In this document: positions 1 through 12,030 of the stretch, one piece after another
How positions within the stretch are numbered: the stretch's first letter is position 1
Layout of the letters: every line of letters begins with the position of its first letter
Origin: Camelus ferus
Taxonomy: Eukaryota
NCBI RefSeq assembly: GCF_009834535.1
Contig: NC_045697.1
Span: forward strand, 79,920,001 to 79,984,000
Length of the DNA: 64,000 bases
Direction: 5' to 3'
Translations under genes and position numbers: made by a program
The notes under the pieces: generated by a model
The model's database searches: none
What the model was told of the DNA's origin: nothing
What the model saw: only the letters and a program-made list of their open reading frames with translations

Positions 1-3000
1 GCATATCTACCTCCTTCCCACCTGCACAAAGTGAAAAAATATCTAACAACAAAACATCCTTTGGAATGTGGGCCATTATTGCTAATTGACTTTGGTAAGC
101 GGGAAGAGGATTAGTGTAGCTCCTGGGGGAAATTTGAATTTTAGAAACATAACGTGAAGGACTCACCAAAATGGGTTAACTGCAAAGTATATTCTCAGGG
201 AGTTAGCTGAGTCCTATTGAATGGGTTTATTTATCACTTGCCATTTAAAATATGATTAATTTATATGTTAGCTCACATTCACAAGATAAAACATTTTGGT
301 GTTAAGTCCAGTTGATGCCGAGTTGTTTTTTTCTGATAACAATTACCCAACATACTCAGTTGCTAATTAAATATATTTTTGGCTAGAAATTATAAAATCA
401 AAACATTAGTGTAAAGACAGTTACTTATCTTTTATTTCCTACGGTTGAAAGACATGAATTCCATGATATGACAGCAGTCCCAATTGGATTGCATTTTAAA
501 AGAGGGCAGATTAAAAATTTAGAACATTTATAATTAGAATTTCAACCATCATCTGTGTCTTTATAACCACTCTAATTTTAGTAGGCAGTGTTACAGAAAT
601 TGAAGACACATGTATGTCCTGAATTTGACTTACATATTATGCATGGTTTAGTTTCTGAACTAATCCCTCATATAGAAATTTTTAATTATATTCTTGGTGA
701 TTTTTTAAATAAAATGCAACTATATTGTAGTGGTTTGTAGTGGGATCGTTGTGTCCCACCAATAGGTACTTTATTCTCATAAAATTCTTTTAATTTAGAG
801 CCTCAGCCTTGTAATTAATTGAGAAGAAAGCTGGCCAGTTATTGAAAAAAATACTCTATCCTGTTTTGTGGATTTGAATGTTTTTTGTTTTTTGTTTTGT
901 GGGTTTGTATTAAACTGAGGTCAGCTACATTTTGAAATCATGAAAAGAAAGCTCTGTGGGGTAAACTAAGATAAACAGTTTGACATCAGAGGGCTCCTTA
1001 GGATAACCTCTCCTGAAACTGTTTAATTTAAATATTTATTTCAATTTCATAAGCTTTTAGATTATGTCAACTATATTCTATTTGAGATGGTGTCTTGTTA
1101 ACTTTAATTTTAAAAACATTGTATCCATATTTATTGAGAAATAAAAATAGGAAGTTTAGTATTCTAGTAGTCTGGTCACAGCAAGTTAAAGCTTGCAACT
1201 GAGCTAATGCTGTAGCGGGAGAGGAGGGCTATCTCTCAGAGGGGAGGCTGAGAAGAGTATTGTAAAACTCCAACTTCAGAAAATTGGTCACTCGTGGAAT
1301 CAAAGAAAAATGTACACCTTTTAAAAATCTTAATTCTCAAACCTTTCTATTTTAAATTTGTAGAAAGTTACATTCAGAATGCACTCTTGAGATCATTTTC
1401 AAGCCAGTGCAGAGGACTTGTTTTAAATAATGGATTGATGATTAGTTAATAATGCTTGACCCTTTATTAAAAATGTAAACAAGATTCCCTGTAGATTTAT
1501 CCCACATGCTGCCCATGTTATAGCATTTTAGAGATAAGTGAAAACCAGATTCAGTTTACTGTACCTTAGAGTAATTGGCAATAGGGGAGACATTTTTCCA
1601 GTTCATCTGGCCTGGGTTAGCAGGGGAAGGGTGGAGTGTGGAGCTGCAAAAAAGCCCTGATATATATTATTTGTGGATTTACATAGTAAAATATTTCCAT
1701 GACAGGAAAGGAAGTTGTGATACTGGGAAATACTGGGAAATTAAGAAACTAGGAGAGAAGTCACCAACAAATATTGAAGAAATGCTTTCTTCTTCTGTTC
1801 CTTTTCCTCCTCATCTTTCAGCTGATTACAGCTCAGAAGCCATGGGCTTAGTCCAGGAAGATCTGATCTGTTTGGGGTGGTTAAAGGGCTCCAGAAAGCT
1901 TAAGGTGGGAAATCCTCCATGTTTCCTCAGCTGGCAGTTTCAATTTACAGATTACACTTTTTTTTTAAAGTTAAATATACATTGACATAAGATCAAATAA
2001 TTTCTAAAAAGTAAAAGTGATCCAATGGGAAAATTCTAATGGAGTATAAAAGTCACCAGAAAGGAATTTTTTTTTAACTGAAAGATAGAGAATTGCAGAA
2101 GAACAAATAAAATGATTCCCTATTCCTCCAGTCTTGGAGAGGAACTTCATAAAAAATGGATCCATACAGAAAGTCACACATGGAGAGATTTTGTTATTTG
2201 AGCAAGATAACTGTTTGTCCCTTAAGTCAGAATTTACTAATAATTATATGGCATCATATTTTAGAAAGAAGATAACAATTCCTGGGCAGAATAAATCCAG
2301 TTGTTCCCTAGGCACCTGGAAAAAATAGCTCCAAACCATGTATCTTTATTCCCATTTTGACAAAAATACTAAAAAAATAGCTTATAAATTCCAGGGACTA
2401 CTCAATCTTTTTCTCTCAAATATATTACATTGTGTTGATTATTTACAAACATAATCTTTATCAAGATATTCTGTTATGCTCTCTTTATATTCATTCACTC
2501 ATCCAACAGTATTTATAGAGTAGATACTATGTGTCAAGCCTGGGGCTGAGAGCTAGGTGAAGAAATCACTGGACTACAGGGTCCCTTCGGACTCTCAGGT
2601 TCTGAAATCTCAGATGGAGTCAGAGATAGGAATTGAGGAAAAGGAAAGGCAACTTCTTGCAATAAACACTTCAAAATGCAAAATTCTTTAAGTGTTAATT
2701 TGCTATGCCATTTAGACAATTCCCAATGATTGGAACATTTGATTCTTACTGACTGAAGTAATAGATCCACGCTCCAAAAGCATTTTAAGTAATGGCTCAT
2801 GAGACAGAGTAAAAGATTTCTTCCTGTAAACAAATTAGGAAAACTGATAGAGGTCATGCTGAAGAATGTGTAAAATAAAAAAGATACCAGGAAAGCTTAG
2901 TTAGCCTCTTAAAAATTCCTACCCTATGGTCATACTTGACTGTTAGAATGAGTTTACTGTTTGTGAAGTAGATTACATCTACTTAAATTAAATACTTCCT

Positions 3001-3387
3001 GTTACCAAAGAGACTGGGTGTGGAGTAATTGGCTCAGAAGACGACTTTAAAATGTAACACTTTCCTTGGTCTAGTAAAGGGAGTGAAGATTAATTTTTCT
3101 TTGTTGAATCATTTGTGTATAGTCAACACCATTAACATCATTTGCATGCTGATAGAATGCAGGTGTCATAAAGCTCCATCTTCTTCAAGTTTCATTATAT
3201 TGTTGATTCATTTGTTAAATTCTCTAGGAATGTACCTAATAATAAATTTCAAAAATGCTTTAATACTTATCACGTTGTGCCAGTAAATATATAGAAACCA
3301 CAACATGCGTGTATTAATAATACAACTATGTTGGTGAGAAACCAGGACCAAGTTTTATAAAGAAAAACAAATATTACTTTATTTTTG

Positions 3388-5103
3388 GCGGGGCAGCAAG
3401 CGGGAAGCACCACCGTTCGCGCCCCGGTGCCACTCCCGGTGGCTGCGGTCCACGCGCCCCGCGCCGCCCTCTCGGAGGCAGAATGAGCCAGGCGCAGCCA
3501 GTTTGTGGCACGCAGCTTCGCGGCGGACTGCAAGGACTTCATCTACGGTGTGTCTTTCGTTTTCCACGGGCGGCGAATGGCCACCTGCTCCAGCGACCAG
3601 AGCAGTCAAGGTCTGCGGTGAAAGTGGGGACTGGCATTGCGCGGCTAGCTGGAAGACACGTAGTGGATCTGTGTGGCGTGTGACATGGCCCCATCCTGAA
3701 TTTGGACAGGTTTTGGCCTCCTGTTCTTTTGACCGAACAGCTGCCGTATGGGAAGAAACACTATGAGAGTCGAATGACAAACTATGAGGACGGAGCCACT
3801 GGGTGAAGAGGACAACTCTAGTGGACAGTAGAATGTCCATTACCAATGTGAAATTCGCTCCTAAGCACATGGGCTTCATGTTAGCGACCTGCTCAGCAGA
3901 TGGTATCGTGAGGGTGTATGAGGCACCAGATGTCATGAACCTTAGCCAGTGGTCTCTGCAGCACAAGATCTCAAGCAAGCTGAGCTGCAGCTGTATTTCT
4001 TGGAACCCTTCAAGCTGTGGTGCTCACCCGCCATGATCGCGGTAGTAAGTGACGACAGCAGTCCAAACGCAATGGCCAAGGTTCAAATTTTCAAATTTAG
4101 TGAAAACACCAGGAAATATGCAAAAGCTGAAACCCTTATGACAGTCACAGAGCCTGTACATGAGATTGCATTTGCTCCAAACTTGGGAAGGTCTTTCCAC
4201 ATTCTAGCCATAGCAACCAAAGATGTGAGGAGTTTTACATTAAAGCCTGTGGGCAGGAAAGAACTTACATCCTCTGGTGGGCTGACAAAATTTGAAATCC
4301 ACGTAGTAGGCTCGGTTTGATAATCACAATTCTCAGGTCTGGCGAGTGAGTTGGAATATAATAGGTGTAGTGCTGGCATCCTCAGGCGATGATGGCTGTA
4401 TGAGACTATGGAAAGCTAATTACATGGACAATTGGAAATGTACCGGAATCCTCAAAGGTAATGGGAGCCTGGTCAGTGGGAGTTCTCAGCAGGGAAGCTC
4501 AAATCCTCCCGTAGGGTCCAGTGTCCCAAATCTTCCAAATTCATTAAATGGATCTCCTGCTGGCAGAAAGCACAGCTGAGTCCCAGCTACCTGGAGTAAC
4601 TTGCTGTTTTGCTGCTTGTTGCATGCACACAGGAATGAAAAGCCACCTCGTTTTCCCCTTACTCAGCACCGTTTGACCTCTCCCAAGATACACCAGCGGC
4701 CTGCTTCCTACTAAACACAATCCAAAAGGCAAAAGGCCTTTAAAAATACAGTGTACATTTTTTTCCTTTTCTTTTCTTTTCTTTTTCTTTCTTTCTTTTT
4801 TTTTTTGTACTAGACAGTTTATTGACACTATTTGAAACTTTCCAAATACAAACGGAGAGGCTTTTTGTTGAGACATGGTCACAAAAACAATTTTTTGAAA
4901 TGTTCTAAAACTAACATGGGTTTTAAAATGAAAGGATGTTACTATCATCCTTATTAGTCGTTGGGAGGAGGGAAAATATCACTTTATTCCATCTGAAAAA
5001 TATATACAGGCTTATGTCTTTTATTGTCTAAAACAATAAGCTAAGATGAATTTCTATAATTTTAATTTGAAGATTGAATAAATATTTTGCATAGAGATAA
5101 AAG
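3388..5103 (+). pseudogene. SEH1L: SEH1L (nucleoporin Seh1, WD40; Nup107-160/GATOR2 subunit) processed pseudogene, full length with 5'UTR and 3'UTR
   Basis: Intronless fragments match SEH1L: FVARS..., [54 protein letters not shown]...[29 protein letters not shown], ...[18 protein letters not shown]...AGRKHS* (TGA 4577-4579). The start codon is lost (GCCAGTTTGTG at ~3497-3507). There are in-frame stops at 3764-3766 and 3785-3787 and several frameshifts. AATAAA lies at 5077-5082. Flanking direct repeat ATTACTTTATTTTTG at 3373-3387 and 5104-5118. Confidence 0.97.
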
Positions 5104-5989
5104 ATTACTTTATTTTTGAGTCAAATATATGAGCCTGAATGCTTTTCATAAGAAAATCATTAAGTGTAAGATGTACAATGATCACAAACAGGAAATCTTC
5201 CATATAGCAGTTTGTATTTGTATTTTTTTACACGTATGACAAGATCTAGTTTCAGACTTTATGTCAGTGTAATACATGTAGATATCATTTTAGTGAAATT
5301 TTCAAATTTTTTTTTCAATGCAATGGTGACTAATTTATTTTTCAGAAATTTAGATAGGTGGGAAACCAGATATTACAGTACTATCAGGGATTATAAAATA
5401 ACTTGAATTTTTGGAAAAAAAACTCAAGACAAATTAGTGACATAGTACTTAATGTCTTTTAAGTACAATGTTGTCATTACAAAGTTGTGTTACCTTAGAA
5501 ATTGTCCTACGGGTCTATTCACTTTTTGTGAAAAGGGTATTTCCCTACCATTTGTTTTAATACTTTTATACCTTACTTAAAATACTTAAAATACCTTATT
5601 AGGAGATTTATTTAAAGCTTTCTATGTTCTAAAACTGGACAGAATTTTATTTCTGGCTGGCACAACAAATGATACAGGGTTGATCTTTTTTTTTTTTTTC
5701 CTTCCTCACTGGAAAAGTATTTAGATATTTCTTAGTCTAAAAGGAAATTTGTTGAAATGAAGTTGCCAAATCCACATTTCTTATGAATCCACATTTCTTA
5801 CCTCTTTGCCTCTCTGAATTAAAACCACTGGAAATTAGTCTCTCTGAAATTAGTAGCTTCGAGCTAATGCAAAAAGAAAGAGAAAATGAAGGGATGAGAG
5901 TCTGTCCTCTGGGTTATATTCTTGCATAAGGTCAGCAACTGTCTACCTCGTCGTTACCCACTTCTGAGCCTTGTTTGCCTCTGTTCTAG

Positions 5990-6088
5990 AATGGACTCAA
6001 CGCTCTCCATCTGGCTGCCAAGGAGGGCCATGTGGGGCTGGTTCAGGAGCTGCTGGGAAGAGGGTCTGCTGTGGACTCTGCCACTAAG
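5990..6088 (+). CDS. ANK2: Ankyrin-2 coding exon (exon 3 by human numbering): [33 protein letters not shown]
   Basis: 99 nt, ctag|AAT...AAG|gtaatg; ANK repeat matching ankyrin-B. Confidence 0.97.
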
Positions 6089-8226
6089 GTAATGTTCATG
6101 CTGGTAGAATTTATTTCCTTGGAAGAGAGGAAGTGATTTACTGCTTCTTTTCCTGGTTATAGATTTTGGAGGTTTGCTAGAACACCAAGATTCTTAACAA
6201 TGCAGAAATGAAATAGAAACCCTGTCCATTAAACTTTGCAAAGTTTGAATTGTTTCCTTTAGGGACTTAATAGAGACTGAAGAATTCTGTATCTCTAGTT
6301 TCTAATATTTTATCTTTTTCCCTTTGATTCACAGAGACTAGATTGATATACTCCTTTGCAGACAATAGCACCTAATTTCCCAAAGTTAATTCTTTTTTTT
6401 TAATAAATTGATATAGTAAACTCAGTGGAAAGGAGCAAGTAATTTTCATGCTTTAAGTTGTTATGTCTTTTAATGTACTCAGTTAACTTGGTAAAATAAT
6501 ATACAGATCCTTTATACTATAATGGAAAAGAGATTTTGGATCATGGATTGAATTATTAGGGTAAAATTACATTTTGCCACTATCATGTGTGTTTGTAAAA
6601 AATTGGATTCATTTTTAAAGAAATGTACAAGATGCTTGGTATACTAGAACTATTGCTTCCTTCCTGATACTGCTTTTGCTAAAATATATTTGAACTTTGC
6701 CTTTGGGGAATCATTTCAGAAATAACTGATATTTTAAGAAATAGCATCAGTGGTGACAAATCTTTGTCTTCAGAAGGTGATATTTTAATTTGGAAAAAAA
6801 AACAGTAGCCAATCAGAATCAAGCCTGCTGACCAGGGCTAGGGTGTGATAATTTGGTTGTGGGAAATGCAGAGAGAAGTGACAGTCATTCAGACCTTTAG
6901 CTGAGGCATTAACCTAGCCAGGGATAGACAAAAAGAGTGCTGGAATAAATTAGGAGTATGGCCAGTTAACCCAGATTTCCAATATCTCATGCATAATTGC
7001 CAAAATGTAGAATGACCCTGCTCACAGTAATACAGCAGTTCTAGTCAAAATTTAAAAACAAAAACAAAATAAAAAACTCTTTGGCAGTTTCAAAGTTAAA
7101 ATATAAGTTCACTGTATGCAGTATATTCTTTACCTTAAACATAGAGAATAAACATTTTTATTAACATTTCCCTTGTCCACATCAAATAAATGTTATACAT
7201 ATATTTAAAGAATGTCAATTTGAATGTGTATCGAATTATTTGCTTTCTCTGAGTTGCTCATATTTATGTCTTCATTAAACCAAACACTTTTTCTTGCTTA
7301 AGTGTTTATTTTATTATCATTTTTCCTTTTCTTTTAAACTCTATTGATGTTTTAAAATATGGGTTCACTTTTAATCACAGGTTACAATTTAGACACAGAA
7401 AAAAATCTCATGAAAAGCTCCTCATTTAAAGAGGAGGCAACTGAGCCTTCAAAGCAGTATGTGAGGCCCACAGTCAGTTGGTAACAAAAAGAACTAGTGT
7501 CTAAAACTTATGGCTTTGAATGTACAGATTTATTTGTTTTTTAATTTTTTCTTTTTGTTATTTATTTTAATCATGTCATAGGCATCTTTTAATCTCTTAG
7601 CCTGTATTTTCTTTTTATGAAAAGATTAAATTATTTTTCATTTTTGTTTGGTACTGTGGATGGTAAATTTTGATGTAGCAAATGGTAGAAATTATTGGTA
7701 ACATTATATAGTTCACACAAAATTTACTATTTTATTCCCAAAATATTTTGAACAACCATGTGCTCTGGTGACTCGACATATAACAGACTTGTCAGTTTCT
7801 TTACCGCTTAAAATTCCTAGGTTTCCCTGCAAGGTGAAATAAACTCAGTGGTTCAGATAAGCTTTTTTTCAGTTAACTTTACCTTGGGGTAGGACTCTTT
7901 AATTGTTAATTAAATAACACAAATGATAATATTGTCACATAAACACATATACACATACCCCCTCCCCCCTTAAGTTATTTGATTAAGAACTCAGTCCTTC
8001 TAGTGTTCTTAACACTACACTGGAATTGTTCAGGATAGAAAAGAAAGACGCTATATGAGATGGCCAGTGTTTTGATGATAAAAATTATCTTTTCCCAAGG
8101 TGGACTGCTGTCTCAATAGAATGACAAGTTTTAACCACTTGAAGTAATCAGCAAAATTGAAAGTGCCTGTAGATTTGATTTTTACATTTGGAAACTAACA
8201 TTTTCTATTTTGTTTCTCCAAAACAG

Positions 8227-8325
8227 AAAGGAAATACTGCTCTTCACATTGCATCTTTGGCTGGACAAGCAGAAGTTGTCAAAGTTCTCGTTAAGGAAGG
8301 AGCCAATATTAATGCACAGTCTCAG
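8227..8325 (+). CDS. ANK2: Ankyrin-2 coding exon (exon 4): [33 protein letters not shown]
   Basis: 99 nt, acag|AAA...CAG|gtatga. Confidence 0.97.
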
Positions 8326-9655
8326 GTATGACATTCAGATTTTCTCTGATGTAAATGAGTTTAAATTAGAACAGCTTTGTGAAATTGATTTAATGGGTTT
8401 AGCCAGCTGTTGGGAAGATAAGTTTACTATAAACACTCTGATTTGTTTCAGCCAAATTATTTTGTTAACCTATGCCATGATATTTCTTCTTTTCTTTGTG
8501 TATCATGATCTCCCTCTTAATATAACTGAAAATTTGACAAGTGCACAGTCTATCATTCTTTAAGTACATTAAAAAAGAATATAAAGTATTTTTTCCTGTG
8601 CAATATGAATTATTCATACAAGTTGTATTGCTCTATAAAAGTACTTTCTATATATATACTCTATAAAAATAGTTTCTCTCCTTAAATTTTATAAATTCTC
8701 AAAAGATTAGTATTCCAGTGGGAAATCTGCTATGAAATGGGAATTGCATTATTTTGGGTACTTCACATGTCAAATGTGGGCTTTACAAAACTCCTGAGGG
8801 AAACAGGAAAATTTGAGACCCCCAGCCTTATGATGTATATAATAATAGTTATATAGGATAGGAAATGATATTTTTAAATGAAATTAACAATTTTAAGAGC
8901 ATAATCAAAATATATCATACTATAAACTTGACCCCTATTTTATTTTTCTGGTTGAAAGTGGGAAGAAAATTTTGCTTTGGCCAAAACTTTACTCTTGGTA
9001 TCTAAAATGTATTTATGCAGAAATTGAGATGCATATATTTATAATCAGATCCATTCCTTTTCTCTATTTTTTAAAGTCTTTAACCTTTCTAATAACATAG
9101 ACCACACCAAGGGGCTGTTGGCAAAATAAACCAGTTCCTCTCTATCCATTCTTTGGGATAACCTCACCGGCTTTCCTTTAAAGGCCTTTGTATAGGAATA
9201 TCTATTACCTGTGTTGTTCATTCATCCATCATCTAGACACGGCTCTAGTTGTATGAAGGGCACAAGTTCTAGACCCAGAAAATACTAATGGAGAAAAATT
9301 AGAATCACCCCTATGTCCTTTGACCTCAGTTGTAGGGAAGAATCTGTTGAAATGATGAGAGACATAACATGATCCATTTTTATCTCTATAATATCATACT
9401 GTTTTAAAAGATCACATTTCTCCTTACAACCCAAATTTTTGGTTAAATGCACGTCAATATTTGAACACTTACTGAGAATATGCCATATTCTAAAATCTTT
9501 ATTAAATGAAAAATTGTAAAAATTGATATCATCTGTAAAGTACTCTGGTATATTCTATAGAGTATGGCAGCCTGAGCTTGGAGACATAGGACACTACAAA
9601 ATCTCCTGCTCCAAAGCTTTTTTTGATAGCTAGACAACATTTTTTTACTTTAGAA

Positions 9656-9822
9656 CAGCATCACCTGTGTCACCTGTAGGCCTTGTTAAAACACATGTTT
9701 CTGGGTCCCAGCCCAGAGTTTCTGATTCACTTCCAGTGAGGGACCTGAGAATGTTAATTTCTCACAAGTTTTCAGGTAGTGCTGATGCTACTGGTCCAGG
9801 GACCACACTTTGAGAAGCACTG
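9656..9822. mobile_element. MER5A-like hAT-Charlie MITE
   Basis: cagcatcacctg...ccagagtttctgattca...gctgatgctactggtccagggaccacactttgagaagcactg resembles the MER5A consensus (recalled). Confidence 0.75.
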
Positions 9823-11822
9823 CTTTAGAGACTGTAAGAGAAAACTGGGTGTAGGAATATTGCAGCAATATTGTCTAAATATAGATTCCACAACCTGTGT
9901 GAATCAATAGTTTGTGTACTTAAAAAAGCATAGAGATGAAAGCATTGAATTGACTGTAGGAGGTTTCTTTTGATGGGAAGTTCACTTGTATGTTGGCACT
10001 GTTAATATGTATAAAAGGAACTTGATTATTTTCCTCAAAATGACTGGTTGAACACAGTGATTTCAAAAAATGCTGCAAGGTAAAAGCTTGTTAAAAGTTA
10101 TATCAGTTATTATGCTGTGTTTGTTAGAAATGTATATGCTTTGGGGACTTTTCCAGGAGAACAAGCTAAAATCATTTAATCAGTAATTTGCTTTCAGTAT
10201 CAGTGAGCCTGTGCTTTAGAGTTACAATTATGCCAGATCATAACAGATCTTATAGAAAGATATATATTATCATTAAGAGATTAAGATAGTCTTTATTTGT
10301 ACTGTATTCCGTTAGCTCAATTTAGATTTATATCGTAGGGAATCCTGACAGATAGCTTCACACTGATTTTTATATTGAGAAAAAGTTTTAGAGTGAGAAA
10401 AATTAATAATTACAATTGGGGATTTTTTTCTAAATGTCTAAGTCATTTGATAAGACCTGTAACCTTATTTGCTATATTAAATTTAGGTAGCCATCATTAC
10501 CAATTAATAAAAACTATCATTACTTACTTAGAATATTTTATAATTTAATAATTGAAATTAAAATGCAGGAATTTATATAAAGCAGGTTGATTATTTTGCC
10601 TTTTGAGAGAGCAAATTCCAAAGGCATGGTTTTAAGGATTATTGGGGGTGAATTTGAGTCCTTCTCCATGTGTGATTCTTCTCTGTTGCGTCCTGTTTAA
10701 GATACAGATTTCTTGTGTGACAACGATGGATATCGGGTGAATTGGTTGGAGCCATGATTATAATAATTGGACAGTCACTCACTTTTGAGAGCCAGAGAAA
10801 GGGCACAGGTATCCCACATGCACAACATAAATTCTGAATTGTGTTCTCAAGTTACACCTTCTCCTCCATCTTTGTAAGAACACAATGCAAAACAAGTGCA
10901 GGATAGTTTGTTATTTTAGGAATGTGGGTGACTGCATGGTAGTTTGCATTTGGTGAACTTCCAAATTATTTGGAAATGGAGCACTAAGGTTATTGTTGAA
11001 CTAAGAAGGTGAAAAACTCTCTGAAAAGCTCCAGGGAACAACTATTCAGTAAACATTTACAGGCTTCTAGGTTGTGCAGAGTTGTGCCTCTATGGAATTT
11101 TCTGTATTCTCTACATAATCTGTGAGGCCCATGTGAGGCTTACCTTCAAGTGACACTGTGCCAATTTTGATAGGCAGTGCTATAATTTGTGAAGAAATTC
11201 CAGAACACCAGTAGGAGCAGTTTAAGTATTTTAAATAGAATTATGTGATTAATGTAATACAAATCAACAAATATTTCCGTTTCTGTGCTTCTGTTGTAGC
11301 AGTGTAATTTCTACTGAGCAAGTTTTTGGTGCAATTTTAAGCCTTGCCCCGACCATGGAGCTCTCTGGCTTGGTTCTTTGGTCTCCTGGATTTAGTGGCA
11401 TGCAGGTCTCATCAAGACATCAGTGAAAGCTGTTTTGGTGGAATAATGGGGCTGGGAGTCAAATTAGAGTGATTTGAGGAACACTGTTTGCCCTGGGGGT
11501 GGTTGCTTGCTTTCTGAAAGCACAGACACGTTCATAAAATCTAAGCATATTAACATCTTCTAAACAGTCCTATATAAAGGACGCTGGAATGCTTTCTAGT
11601 TATCTGTACAGACATTTGTCACTTTTATAACCTGTAAATCTACTAGACTCAGAGATACGACTTTTAAAAAATCATCCCAATTATATATTATCAAAGAAAT
11701 TATATTTTTAAAAAGGTTTTAAAATATTCTCAGAGTGGTGAGTTTCTTTACATTTTGGTAGCATTTTTTGCCTGTTGACATTTGCCCATCTTAGGTTTAT
11801 TTTTTAAAAATTTATCTACAGT

Positions 11823-11910
11823 GGGGAAGTGTATAGCTCAGTGGTAGAGTATGTGCTTAGCATGCATGTAGTCCTGGATTCAATCCCCAGTACTGCCACT
11901 TAAAAATAAA

Positions 11911-11949
<39 letters not shown>

Positions 11950-11956
11950 TAATAAG

Positions 11957-11995
<39 letters not shown>

Positions 11996-12030
11996 ATCTA
12001 ATTACCCCTCCCCACCTGCACAATAATTTT
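11823..12030 (+). mobile_element. tRNA-derived SINE (Vic-1-like, camelid) with expanded (TAAG)n(TAAA)n tract
   Basis: GGGGAAGTGTATAGCTCAGTGGTAGAG (A box)...GGATTCAATCCCCAG (B-box-like), then an A-rich tetranucleotide tract at ~11905-11996 and a ctaattacccctcccc tail. Confidence 0.85.

Noticed and set aside
1575..1985. 136-aa intronic ORF
   Set aside because: TTG start, no recognisable homology and no convincing splice context.
3379..3978. 199-aa minus-strand ORF
   Set aside because: Antisense shadow of the GC-rich SEH1L pseudogene; non-ATG start and no recognisable domain.
3503..4579. SEH1L-like ORFs as a functional retrogene
   Set aside because: Start codon lost, two nonsense codons and multiple frameshifts break the WD40 propeller.
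5769..5800. 15-bp direct repeat AATCCACATTTCTTA x2
   Set aside because: Only a 2-nt spacer; simple slippage duplication, not an array or the TSD of a real insert.
11823..11895. Possible tRNA gene (also at 63660-63732)
   Set aside because: Degenerate stems and a SINE-type tail indicate tRNA-derived SINE heads.
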